Assembly (NCBI GenBank): GCA_964520505.1
Contig: CAZFQP010000001.1
Coordinates: 45,113 to 109,112, forward strand
Length of the DNA: 64,000 nt
Direction: 5' to 3'
From: an uncultured Candidatus Saccharibacteria bacterium
GTDB lineage: Bacteria > Patescibacteriota > Doudnabacteria > UBA920
The notes under the pieces are model-generated. The model did no database searches and was not told where the DNA came from. It saw only the letters and a list, made by a program, of their open reading frames with translations. Position 1 is the first letter of the stretch; each line of letters starts with the position of its first letter. The translations under genes were made by a program, and so were the position numbers. Shown one piece after another: positions 29,126-37,682 of the stretch.

Positions 29126-29507
29126 AGAAAATGTTATTAAATTTTTAAAAGCGATTCCAAAAGGCAAGGTGGTAAGTTATGGCCAAGCCGCTGCCATTGC
29201 CGGCAGTCCGCGGGCAGCCAGGCTGGTTGGGGGAATTTTGCGCAATTTAGAGCTTCCGTTTTTGGGGCGGATTGATTCCGACCCGAAAACACCTAGGAAG
29301 GGGAGGTCTCGGAAGGGGAAACCCTCTTCGGGTTTTCCCTCCGAATTTGTTCCCTGGTGGAGAGTAGTCAATAATCGGGGAGTTATTAGTATAAAAGGGA
29401 ATTGGACAGCGACAAAAGATTTGCAAAAACAGTTATTGGAAAAGGAAGGTGTAAAAGTAGAGAAAGATTTTAGTTTAAGTATGGAAAAATATCGATGGAA
29501 AAAGTAG
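29115..29507 (+). CDS. Alkyltransferase-like protein (MGMT DNA-binding domain family lacking the active-site Cys: PWWRVV instead of PCHRVV), with an internal low-complexity insertion
   Basis: N-terminal IPKGKVVSYGQAAAIAGSPRAARLVGGIL and PWWRVVN core; a roughly 30-aa G/R/K/P-rich insert between them. Confidence 0.55.
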   Translation: MGFKENVIKFLKAIPKGKVVSYGQAAAIAGSPRAARLVGGILRNLELPFLGRIDSDPKTPRKGRSRKGKPSSGFPSEFVPWWRVVNNRGVISIKGNWTATKDLQKQLLEKEGVKVEKDFSLSMEKYRWKK

Positions 29508-29525
29508 TTAAGACATCTACTATAT

Positions 29526-30047
29526 ATGAAAACTTTTTTGAACGATAAAATTCGTTATAAATCAACAAAGGGGTTTACTGTAATAGAGCTGGTGGTAGTT
29601 ATTGCTATAATTGGCATATTGGCCAGCGTTATAATAGTGGCCGTGCAGCCTGCGCGCTTAAAAGCGCGCGATGCCAAACGAAAAACTGATATGGCGCAGA
29701 TTGGCCGTTTGTTGTACTCTTCTTCCTGTTATGCACCCAACGCCGGAGACGGGGATTATGATTTGGCAGACTTGGTGCCGGAACTTACAAGCAAGTATCC
29801 GCAATATGCCCAGTATGCTTCCTTTTTACCCTATGATCCAAAGTCCGGCAGTTCCAGCCAAACTAATTATCGATATGAATATAGTGCGGACGGGCACTGC
29901 GTGGTGTATATGAACTTAGAAAATAATGACGAGCCTATTACGCTGACTACAATAAATCAGCCAACTGTTGGCACCGGGCAGGGAGTTTTAAAAGCATTTA
30001 CTGCCGGTCCGAATGGGACAAATATTTATTATCAGGTGGGAAGATAG
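29526..30047 (+). CDS. Type IV pilin/pseudopilin with class III signal peptide
   Basis: KGFTVIELVVVIAIIGILASV prepilin-peptidase cleavage/methylation motif (G|FTxIE). Confidence 0.8.
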   Translation: MKTFLNDKIRYKSTKGFTVIELVVVIAIIGILASVIIVAVQPARLKARDAKRKTDMAQIGRLLYSSSCYAPNAGDGDYDLADLVPELTSKYPQYAQYASFLPYDPKSGSSSQTNYRYEYSADGHCVVYMNLENNDEPITLTTINQPTVGTGQGVLKAFTAGPNGTNIYYQVGR

Positions 30048-30091
30048 CGGTTAGCTTGTAGGGGGTAAAGAGACAATTAATATAAAATACA

Positions 30092-30646
30092 ATGAACGAA
30101 GAACAAAAAACTAATAACGAAGTAGCAGTGCTGGGAGCGGGTTGCTTTTGGTGCACGGAAGCCGTGTTTCAAAATTTAAAAGGAGTTAGTTCGGTTTTGC
30201 CTGGGTACACCGGCGGTAATGTGGAGAACCCAAGTTACGAGCAGGTCTCCGGCGGCAACACCGGTCATGTAGAGGTAGCTAAAATAGAATTTGATCCAAG
30301 TGTTATTTCTTTTAAACAGTTGCTCGAAGTTTTCTTTGCTGTACACGACCCCACAACTAAAGACCGACAGGGGAACGACGTGGGCACGCAGTATGCATCC
30401 GCAATATTTTACTCAAGCCCAAAGCAAAAACAAATTGCCGAAGAAGTAATTAAAGAAATTGAAGCGGAGAAAATTTACAGCTCGCCGATTGTTACCGAAC
30501 TTCGTCCTTTGGAGAAATTTTATTTGGCGGAAAATTATCACCAGAATTATTATTTAAATAATCCCGGCAATCCTTACTGTGCGGTGGTAATTAGTCCAAA
30601 AGTAAAAAAGTTTCGGGAAAAGTTTTCTTCTTTAATTAAATCTTAA
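30092..30646 (+). CDS. msrA: Peptide methionine sulfoxide reductase MsrA
   Basis: GAGCFWCTEAVF active-site motif. Confidence 0.9.
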   Translation: MNEEQKTNNEVAVLGAGCFWCTEAVFQNLKGVSSVLPGYTGGNVENPSYEQVSGGNTGHVEVAKIEFDPSVISFKQLLEVFFAVHDPTTKDRQGNDVGTQYASAIFYSSPKQKQIAEEVIKEIEAEKIYSSPIVTELRPLEKFYLAENYHQNYYLNNPGNPYCAVVISPKVKKFREKFSSLIKS

Positions 30647-30649
30647 ACT

Positions 30650-31234
30650 ATGATTAGCGAAGCAAGGCTAAATAAAATTAAAACTGTGGCCGGTGCCCGG
30701 CAGGAGGGGATAGTAGTCTTAGAAGATATTCATGATCCGCATAATGCGGCCGCGGTTTTGCGGAGCTGTGAAGGTTTTGGCATACATAAGGTTTATTATA
30801 TTTTTGACAAAGGGGAAAGGTTTAACCCGCGAAAAGTCGGTAAGGCCACTTCTTCTTCCGCCAACAAGTGGCTGGAGTTTGAAATCTTTTCCTCCGCTAA
30901 AGAATGTTATAAAAAATTAAAAAAACAGGGATATAAAATTTTTGCTACAGTTTTAGACAGCAAAGCAAAAAGCCTTTATAAAACAGATCTAAAAGGCCCT
31001 AAGACCGCGCTGGTCTTTGGCAATGAACACAGGGGTTTAAGCAAAGAGGCAATTGATTTTTCCGATGCGCATATTTACATACCAATGCAGGGTTTTGTGC
31101 AAAGTTTTAATTTGTCGGTAACGGCGGCCATAACCCTTTCGGAAATGTTCCGCCAGCGGCAGAATCAGCCAAAAAAATATTTGCTTCCTAAAAAGAATCG
31201 GGAAAAATTAATTAAGGATTGGAAGAAAAAATAA
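30650..31234 (+). CDS. SpoU/TrmH family RNA 2'-O-methyltransferase
   Basis: VLEDIHDPHNAAAVLRSCEGFGI and C-terminal SPOUT knot motifs. Confidence 0.75.
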   Translation: MISEARLNKIKTVAGARQEGIVVLEDIHDPHNAAAVLRSCEGFGIHKVYYIFDKGERFNPRKVGKATSSSANKWLEFEIFSSAKECYKKLKKQGYKIFATVLDSKAKSLYKTDLKGPKTALVFGNEHRGLSKEAIDFSDAHIYIPMQGFVQSFNLSVTAAITLSEMFRQRQNQPKKYLLPKKNREKLIKDWKKK

Positions 31235-31235
31235 T

Positions 31236-31523
31236 ATGTTTAATTTAAATTATTTATTTGGGCTGGTTTTACTAATTATCAATGTCTTCGCTTTTGTAAT
31301 GGTGGGGATAGATAAACGGAAAAGCGTTCTCGACAGTGAACGCTTGCCGGAAGTAAACTTCTTTTTAATGTCCGCAGTATTTGGGTCGTTGGGGATTTTT
31401 TTGGGGATGTATTATTTTCATCACAAAACCCGCAAAGCCTATTTTCCTTTGGGAGTAGGATTTTTGCTTATCCAGCAAGTTTTGCTTTTATGGCTAGCTT
31501 ATAAATTATATTTTAAAATTTAA
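31236..31523 (+). CDS. DUF1294-like small membrane protein
   Basis: 95 aa, 3 TM, similar to YjdC/DUF1294 proteins. Confidence 0.45.
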   Translation: MFNLNYLFGLVLLIINVFAFVMVGIDKRKSVLDSERLPEVNFFLMSAVFGSLGIFLGMYYFHHKTRKAYFPLGVGFLLIQQVLLLWLAYKLYFKI

Positions 31524-31541
31524 TAATATTAAAAAACAACA

Positions 31542-32150
31542 ATGAAAAATATTTTTTTAAAATGGTTATTGGTAATTTACGTTGTCCTGTTTGCAGTTTT
31601 AGCTATTAGCCCGATAGATAGGACAACTTGGTTCGTGGAAAATTTAACAGTGTGGATTATTTTGGGAGCCATATTAATTTTATATGCTAAACAGGTCAGA
31701 TTTTCCAACATGGCTTACGGCCTGATGTTTGTGTTAATTTATTTGCACACCATTGGCGGCCATTATACTTTTGCCCTGGTACCTTTTAGCTGGGTTACCG
31801 ATCTATTCGGTTTTTCCCGCAATCATTTTGACAGGGTTGCCCATTTTTCGGTAGGTTTTTACGCCTTTGGCATAGCAGAGTGGTTATATACCAAGAGTCT
31901 GGTGAAGAGTAAGTTTTTATTATTTACCTACCCTATTTTTGTTATTGCCACCATCGCGATGACTTATGAATTAGTGGAATGGATATACGCGGCCTCTGCT
32001 AACCCGGAAGCCGGTTTGGCATATTTAGGCAGTCAAGGTGACATTTGGGATGCACAGAAAGATATGCTGGCCGACACCCTGGGCGCCATTTTAGCCACAG
32101 TTTTATTTTTCTTTAACCAAAAGTTGTGGGGAAGAAAATTAAATAATTAA
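31542..32150 (+). CDS. DUF2238 (YjdF-like) membrane protein
   Basis: Conserved HTIGGHYTF and HFDRVAHF segments. Confidence 0.5.
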   Translation: MKNIFLKWLLVIYVVLFAVLAISPIDRTTWFVENLTVWIILGAILILYAKQVRFSNMAYGLMFVLIYLHTIGGHYTFALVPFSWVTDLFGFSRNHFDRVAHFSVGFYAFGIAEWLYTKSLVKSKFLLFTYPIFVIATIAMTYELVEWIYAASANPEAGLAYLGSQGDIWDAQKDMLADTLGAILATVLFFFNQKLWGRKLNN

Positions 32151-32161
32151 GCAATAAATAT

Positions 32162-32437
32162 ATGAACAACACCCATGAAGAGTATCTAAATGAGCTCGAT
32201 CAAGATATAGCCGGGGGGTTAGACAAAGCGCTGGCAACACCCGCAGAAACAGAAGAAGAGGGTAATTTGCCTAAAAATGAAAAAAAATCCGGAAGAGAAA
32301 TTTTGCTTGCTAAAACAAGAAAATTGATTATCGCTTTGCTTGAGGAAGGGAAAGTAGATCCCCAAATGACAATGGCAGAACTACCCGCATATCTTGAAGA
32401 TCAAATGCGAAAGCAGGAGGAAGAGGAAACTGACTAA
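32162..32437 (+). CDS. Acidic hypothetical protein
   Basis: ORF with good coding periodicity; no family recognised. Confidence 0.35.
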   Translation: MNNTHEEYLNELDQDIAGGLDKALATPAETEEEGNLPKNEKKSGREILLAKTRKLIIALLEEGKVDPQMTMAELPAYLEDQMRKQEEEETD

Positions 32438-32503
32438 ATGATTTAATCAAATGGTCAAACAATTTAGCCTTATCGTTTAATTGTTAATAAATCCAGGAAG
32501 CTT

Positions 32504-32887
32504 ATGTTAAAAATCTTTTTAATGTGGTTAGCTTTTATTCCAGTGCCGGTTATTAATGGCACCCTTCGCGAGGGATGGTATAAAGCCAAAGTGGGGGAGT
32601 TTGGCGCCAATGTTATTGGTTGTGTGGTTTTATCCGTGTTCTTTTTGCTTTTCACCTATTTATTTTTTAAAAATGATCTCGGCGGGTTTAGTACGAGCAA
32701 GCTGTTATTAATTGGCGGAATCTGGCTGGGACTGACTTTAGTCTTTGAATTTGGCATGGGTCTTATGGGTGGAAGAAGCTGGAGTTATATGCTGGCAGAT
32801 TACAATCTTTTTAAAGGTAGGCTTTGGCCGCTGGTGTTGGTTGTTATATTTTTTGCCCCTTTTATTATTAAACAAATTACAAAATAA
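32504..32887 (+). CDS. Hypothetical membrane protein (4 TM)
   Basis: ORF, hydrophobic segments. Confidence 0.4.
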   Translation: MLKIFLMWLAFIPVPVINGTLREGWYKAKVGEFGANVIGCVVLSVFFLLFTYLFFKNDLGGFSTSKLLLIGGIWLGLTLVFEFGMGLMGGRSWSYMLADYNLFKGRLWPLVLVVIFFAPFIIKQITK

Positions 32888-32890
32888 TTT

Positions 32891-33259
32891 ATGGGATCAT
32901 TCGAAGAAGCAAAAGACGTTATGGGAGGGGATTGGTATAGAATAGATGAAAGCAAGTATGGGGATGCTTTTGTATTTAAAGCAGTTCATGATTTTTATTT
33001 GGATTCGTTGCATAATGGGATTGATAACATAGAACTGGGAAGATTTCCGGAAAAGTATATAAAAGCTGTGTCTAAAATGACGGAAGACGAAATTTTAACT
33101 TGGGCTCGTGCCATGGCAATGGATGACGAGGCGGTGGCAAATAAAACCGACAAAAAACCGTTAAGAATATTTAGTGAGTACGAAAATGCCGCCAGAAAAT
33201 TTAGGGATCAATGCAGGGAAATTCTAGGCAAAGATATATTAGACAAAAAGGTTCAATAA
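32891..33259 (+). CDS. Hypothetical protein
   Basis: ORF tightly following the previous gene. Confidence 0.4.
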   Translation: MGSFEEAKDVMGGDWYRIDESKYGDAFVFKAVHDFYLDSLHNGIDNIELGRFPEKYIKAVSKMTEDEILTWARAMAMDDEAVANKTDKKPLRIFSEYENAARKFRDQCREILGKDILDKKVQ

Positions 33260-33329
33260 CATTTAGTTATCCACAAGAGAAGTTTGACAAAGGGTGAACG
33301 AATGTTTACTATAAAGAAAATACCTGTTT

Positions 33330-35240
33330 ATGGAGGATCAAAAGCAAAAACTTGTGTCTAAAATAGAGCAAGTCCGCAAAGACTTTCCCAAAGCCGGCAT
33401 GCGCTGGACCGAAGAGGAGAGTAATTTACTGAACGCGGAATACAAAAAATGTTTAGAGGAAAATTACGATTTTGAAAGTTTTCTAAATTCTATGGCGCAG
33501 CGTTTCGGTCGCCGTCCGAACGGAATTCGCGGACGGCTGGCTTTGAGTTTCCCCAACATTCCAGGTTGGGATTACGAAGCGGTAAAACAGCGCGATGAAG
33601 AGTATAAAAAACAGAAATTGGAAATTGCCAATAATGCCGCCAATCCCCGTACGGACGAAATTTTAATTCACAAATACGAAAAGTACGTTTCGGCAAAAAA
33701 TGAAACTTTCAGGAAATTTATTTTACGGGTGTCAAAGCTAAGCGGGCTGCAAAGAAGCATAGTCCGTCTTAGGCTGCTTCAACTTGTTGGCAATGTCGTG
33801 GAGTATGCGCAGGAAGATGTTGAGGAACATCAGCCGTCAAAAAAACAGTACAGAGAAGAAGAAACTGAAGAAATAGATATATCTTCCAACCCGGAAATGC
33901 TGGCAAGTTTTAAGTTAATGGAAGAAACCCGCGAGAACATTTTTCTAACCGGGGAAGCGGGTACCGGAAAATCCACCTTACTGAAATATTTTAAACATCA
34001 CACCAATAAAAATACCGTGGTGCTGGCTCCAACCGGCGTGGCTGCGGTAAATGTTGGCGGCCAAACCATTCATTCCTTTTGTGGTTTTGGCCCGGACATT
34101 ACCATTCATCGGGTAAAAAAAGTTTCTACCGGCGGCGGCAAAAAAGAATTGTTGCAGCGCTTGAGCACGGTAATAATAGACGAAATCTCCATGGTGCGCG
34201 CGGACCTGCTCGACTGCGTGGACAGATTTTTAAGATTAAACGGGCCGGCCGGAAATTTGCCGTTTGGCGGCGTACAAATGATCTTTATTGGCGACCTTTA
34301 CCAGTTGCCGCCTATTGATAAAGACTTTACCAATGGCGGGTTATTTGCGGAATATAAAAGCCCATATTTTTTTGACGCCAGGAGTTTTTTGGGCGGCAAT
34401 TTTAAATTAATGGAATTAAAGACTGTTTACCGCCAAAAAGATCGGGCGTTTTTGGAAATTTTAAATGCTGTGCGCAACAATGCGGCCAGCACCGAACATT
34501 TGGAAGTATTAAACAGCAGGAGCGAACAGGAGGGCGATAAATTTACCTTTGAGCAGTTTGCTGTTTATTTAACGCCAACCAATGCCCGCGCTGCCCAGGT
34601 TAATGACTATTATTTAAATCAGCTGCCCGGGCAAGCAAAACTTTTCCAAGGTTTTGCTTCAGGCAAGCTGGAAGGCAAAACTACGCCCGGAGAATCCGCC
34701 TTAAAACTTAAAGTTGGCGCACAGGTAATGATGCTAAATAATGACCCAAAGAAACGTTGGGTTAACGGCACAATGGGAAAAGTGTTGGGTTTTGTAAAAT
34801 CCCGCGATGTAATGGATGACGCATTGGAATATTTGCAAGAGGACAGCTCGGAAGACGGTTTTAAATTTCCGGAAGGGAATGACTTGTTAATTCGCGTGGA
34901 GCTGGAAACCGGAGAGAAAGTTTATGTCGGGCGGCATACTTGGGAAATGTTTAATTTTTATTTGGATAAACACACACAAAAAGTGGAATCTAAAACCGTA
35001 GGGGAATTTACCCAGTATCCGCTAAAGCCGGCCTGGGCTTTAACCATTCATAAGAGCCAGGGAAAAACTTTTGATAAAGTTTATGTAGATTTAGCCGGAG
35101 GCACCTTTGCCCATGGTCAGTTGTATGTTGCGCTTTCCCGCTGCCGAACTTTAGGCGGGCTGTATTTAAAGCGCCCGGTGGTGCAGAGCGATATTTTGTT
35201 GGACAATCGGATTGTTGAATTTTTATCGTTTAAAAATTAA
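33330..35240 (+). CDS. Pif1/RecD-family SF1B DNA helicase with about 190-aa N-terminal extension
   Basis: Walker A IFLTGEAGTGKSTLL, Walker B VIIDEISMV, C-terminal LTIHKSQGKTFDKV motif typical of Pif1/RecD/TraA-like helicases. Confidence 0.8.
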   Translation: MEDQKQKLVSKIEQVRKDFPKAGMRWTEEESNLLNAEYKKCLEENYDFESFLNSMAQRFGRRPNGIRGRLALSFPNIPGWDYEAVKQRDEEYKKQKLEIANNAANPRTDEILIHKYEKYVSAKNETFRKFILRVSKLSGLQRSIVRLRLLQLVGNVVEYAQEDVEEHQPSKKQYREEETEEIDISSNPEMLASFKLMEETRENIFLTGEAGTGKSTLLKYFKHHTNKNTVVLAPTGVAAVNVGGQTIHSFCGFGPDITIHRVKKVSTGGGKKELLQRLSTVIIDEISMVRADLLDCVDRFLRLNGPAGNLPFGGVQMIFIGDLYQLPPIDKDFTNGGLFAEYKSPYFFDARSFLGGNFKLMELKTVYRQKDRAFLEILNAVRNNAASTEHLEVLNSRSEQEGDKFTFEQFAVYLTPTNARAAQVNDYYLNQLPGQAKLFQGFASGKLEGKTTPGESALKLKVGAQVMMLNNDPKKRWVNGTMGKVLGFVKSRDVMDDALEYLQEDSSEDGFKFPEGNDLLIRVELETGEKVYVGRHTWEMFNFYLDKHTQKVESKTVGEFTQYPLKPAWALTIHKSQGKTFDKVYVDLAGGTFAHGQLYVALSRCRTLGGLYLKRPVVQSDILLDNRIVEFLSFKN

Positions 35241-35251
35241 GCTTCGGGCCT

Positions 35252-36085
35252 ATGTGCCCGAAACAAAAAAAATTAACAAGAAACAAAATGAAAAATATAT
35301 ACAGATTCGGCCTACTGGCCATCGTGATATTTTTTACACTGCCTCAAATTTCGCTGGCTGCGGGGACAAAAACCATAACCGGTTATGTTCAAAAGGTCAG
35401 CGGCAGTACAGTAGTTTTTAGTAATAGCAACGGCGCCAAATATTCCGCAGAGGTCGGCCAGGCAACCCTAATTAGGAAAAATGGGGCGGCAATGCAGCTT
35501 GCGGAAATTTTGGTAGGTGACAAGGTCGAGGTTAAAGGAACATTGTGGGGTGACAACAGCATTAGCGCAAATGTTTTGCGCAATATGTCGCTGTATACGC
35601 ACAACAGCAGCTTTAGCGGAAAAATTACCGAAATTGACCCATGGAGCCAGAGTTTTACTCTGCAAAGCTCCAAGTATGGCAATCAAACCATTAAGACCGA
35701 CAGTCTTACTGTATTTAAAAAGAACAGCTCCGCCGCAACTTTTAAAGATTTAGAGCCGGGGATGAGTATGGCAATTAAAGGCGCTTGGGACCGCACCACC
35801 ACAATTATTGCGGCCAGAGAAGTTAGGGGAACCTTAAGGCTAATAAATATAGATTTTACCGGGACGCTCACCATGAAAAGTGATAGCGCCATAACCGTAA
35901 TCGGCAACGGCAATGTAATTTACGGGGCAGATATTACCAAGGCGAAGCTGCAAAATAAAAATGGTAAGACTTTAAGTTTATTACTTTTTAATTTGGGTGA
36001 TACAATTAGAGTACAGGGCAAGCATGTTTCCGGCAGCGTTAAAGTTGTTGGCGAAACAATAAAAGATTTATCCGTAACCAAATAA
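35252..36085 (+). CDS. Secreted beta-rich hypothetical protein
   Basis: Signal peptide; repeated beta-strand-like segments. Confidence 0.45.
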   Translation: MCPKQKKLTRNKMKNIYRFGLLAIVIFFTLPQISLAAGTKTITGYVQKVSGSTVVFSNSNGAKYSAEVGQATLIRKNGAAMQLAEILVGDKVEVKGTLWGDNSISANVLRNMSLYTHNSSFSGKITEIDPWSQSFTLQSSKYGNQTIKTDSLTVFKKNSSAATFKDLEPGMSMAIKGAWDRTTTIIAAREVRGTLRLINIDFTGTLTMKSDSAITVIGNGNVIYGADITKAKLQNKNGKTLSLLLFNLGDTIRVQGKHVSGSVKVVGETIKDLSVTK

Positions 36086-36089
36086 TTAA

Positions 36090-36422
36090 ATGGCTAAAAT
36101 CACAATCAATTTAAAGCCACCGGTAGAGGTGGCAAAAGCGGCAGAAAAAGGATTAAAGCTGCATCAGCAATTTAAACGCGGCGGCACTGCTGTCGGCTGG
36201 GCCAGGGCTAGGGAGCTAAAAAACCGGCAAACAGTTAGCCCGGAAACAATTTACCGGATGGTCTCGTATTTTGCGAGGCACGAGGTGGACAAAAAAGGCA
36301 AGAATTTTTTTAACAAGGAAAAGCCGTCCAATGGCTATATTGCCTGGCTGCTTTGGGGCGGGGATGCCGGCAAAACCTGGGCGGAAAAATTAAAGAAGCA
36401 ATTAAAAACCATCGGACACTAA
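36090..36422 (+). CDS. Hypothetical basic protein
   Basis: 110 aa ORF. Confidence 0.4.
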   Translation: MAKITINLKPPVEVAKAAEKGLKLHQQFKRGGTAVGWARARELKNRQTVSPETIYRMVSYFARHEVDKKGKNFFNKEKPSNGYIAWLLWGGDAGKTWAEKLKKQLKTIGH

Positions 36423-36436
36423 CACAAAATACACCA

Positions 36437-36462
36437 TAGGCTAATTCGCACGAATTAGCCTA
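36437..36462. promoter_or_regulatory. Perfect 12-2-12 inverted repeat TAGGCTAATTCG-CA-CGAATTAGCCTA: putative ArsR/SmtB-type operator overlapping the arsR-like promoter/start
   Basis: Read directly. 12-2-12 architecture is the canonical ArsR/SmtB operator form. Confidence 0.6.
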
Positions 36463-36476
36463 TGAAGGAGAGCTAT

Positions 36477-36737
36477 ATGAAAAATTTGGAATCCCAGTTA
36501 AAGGCTTTAGCCAACAACAGGAGGTTGCGTATTTTAAGATTCCTTCAGAAAATTCATAAAGCGTCGGTAACTGATATCGCGAGAGAAATTCACCTTTCAT
36601 TTAAATCAACTTCAAGACATCTGGCTGTTTTGAGGTCAGCTGAGTTTGTCGAGAAGGAGCAACAGAGTCTGATTGTTTTTTACAGCCTCGCTAATCCATT
36701 GGAGCCTATAGTTAAACAAATAATTAACTTAGGCTAA
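36477..36737 (+). CDS. ArsR/SmtB family transcriptional regulator (start likely at the second ATG, after AAGGAG)
   Basis: Winged-helix LANNRRLRILRFL...VTDIAREIHLSFKSTSRHLAVL. Confidence 0.75.
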   Translation: MKNLESQLKALANNRRLRILRFLQKIHKASVTDIAREIHLSFKSTSRHLAVLRSAEFVEKEQQSLIVFYSLANPLEPIVKQIINLG

Positions 36738-36755
36738 TTCGCACGAATTAGCCTA
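36730..36755. promoter_or_regulatory. Second identical 12-2-12 operator copy overlapping the arsR stop and preceding the next gene
   Basis: Identical 26-mer TAGGCTAATTCGCACGAATTAGCCTA. Confidence 0.6.
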
Positions 36756-36769
36756 AGAGGGATGAGTCC

Positions 36770-37012
36770 ATGATAAAGAATAAATTTATTCAGTGGTTTG
36801 GCTGGTATGGGGTAGTTGCAATTTTGGGAGCATATTTTTTGGTTAGTTTTTCTTACCTTGCTCCGGGTGGCTTGCCGTATCAATTACTAAATTTTACCGG
36901 GTCATTGGGCATTGCGCTCGAGGCTTATAGCAAAAAAGACCAGCAGCCGCTGTGGCTGAATATTGTTTGGATGTTAATTGGAGCCGTGGTTATTGCCAAA
37001 CTTGTGCTTTAA
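36770..37012 (+). CDS. Small 2-TM membrane protein, likely the regulated target of the ArsR-like repressor
   Basis: 80 aa, two hydrophobic helices; operator immediately upstream. Confidence 0.45.
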   Translation: MIKNKFIQWFGWYGVVAILGAYFLVSFSYLAPGGLPYQLLNFTGSLGIALEAYSKKDQQPLWLNIVWMLIGAVVIAKLVL

Positions 37013-37015
37013 AAC

Positions 37016-37051
37016 AAAAAAACCTTCCCCGAAGCCGGGGAAGGTTTTTTT
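37016..37051. terminator. Bidirectional rho-independent terminator (CCTTCCCCG-AAGC-CGGGGAAGG flanked by A/T tracts)
   Basis: Perfect 9-bp GC-rich stem with A-tract before and T-tract after. Confidence 0.7.
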
Positions 37052-37055
37052 AAAT

Positions 37056-37451
37056 TTACTTTTTGTTAATTAAGCAGGCGCCGTTAATGCAAAAGCGTTT
37101 GCCGGTCGTTTCAGCCGGGCCGTCGTTAAAGACGTGGCCTAAGTGAGAACCGCACTTGGAGCAAATTACTTCTGTTCGCGCCATACCGTATTCGTCATCA
37201 TTTTTAAATTCTACCGCGCCGGGAATGGCTTGATCAAAGCTTGGCCAGCCGGTGCCGGATTCAAATTTGGTATCCGCAGAAAATAATTCCTGTCCGCAGA
37301 CCGCGCAGGCAAACATCCCGTCGTGGGCGTTTAACAGGGGACTGCTAAAGGGGGCTTCGGTTCCCTTTTCCCGCAAAATTTTATATTGTTCGGGAGTAAG
37401 TTTTTGCTTTAATTCTTCTTCATTAATTTGAATTTTATTCTGATTGGTCAT
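37056..37451 (-). CDS. msrB: Peptide methionine sulfoxide reductase MsrB
   Basis: Two CxxC pairs (CAVCGQ, CSKCGS) and the RFCINGACL catalytic motif. Confidence 0.9.
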   Translation of the reverse strand: MTNQNKIQINEEELKQKLTPEQYKILREKGTEAPFSSPLLNAHDGMFACAVCGQELFSADTKFESGTGWPSFDQAIPGAVEFKNDDEYGMARTEVICSKCGSHLGHVFNDGPAETTGKRFCINGACLINKK

Positions 37452-37506
37452 ATATTTTTAGTTAATATTCAGGTTAATTAAGTATAACAAAATACCACTC
37501 ACAAAG

Positions 37507-37536
37507 AAAAAATCTTATCAAGCGATAAGATTTTTT
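37507..37536. terminator. Terminator hairpin AAAAAATCTTATC-AAGC-GATAAGATTTTTT downstream of tRNA-His
   Basis: 13-bp perfect stem with flanking A/T tracts on both sides. Confidence 0.7.
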
Positions 37537-37539
37537 CTT

Positions 37540-37615
37540 TGGGGCGGCTATCGGGAATTGAACCCGAATTCTCGCTGCCACAGAGCGATGTAATAACCAT
37601 TATACCATAGCCGCC
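37540..37615 (-). tRNA. tRNA-His (anticodon GTG) with encoded G-1 and CCA
   Basis: Minus-strand read: G-1 plus GCGGCTA acceptor pairing with TAGCCGC, discriminator C, CCA; anticodon loop CTGTGGC; T-arm TCGGGTTCAATTCCCGA. Confidence 0.85.
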
Positions 37616-37682
37616 ATATAACCCCTTTTGGGGTAAATAACAAATAGCAAATTCCAAATATCAAAGGGAACACCCGCCGGAG

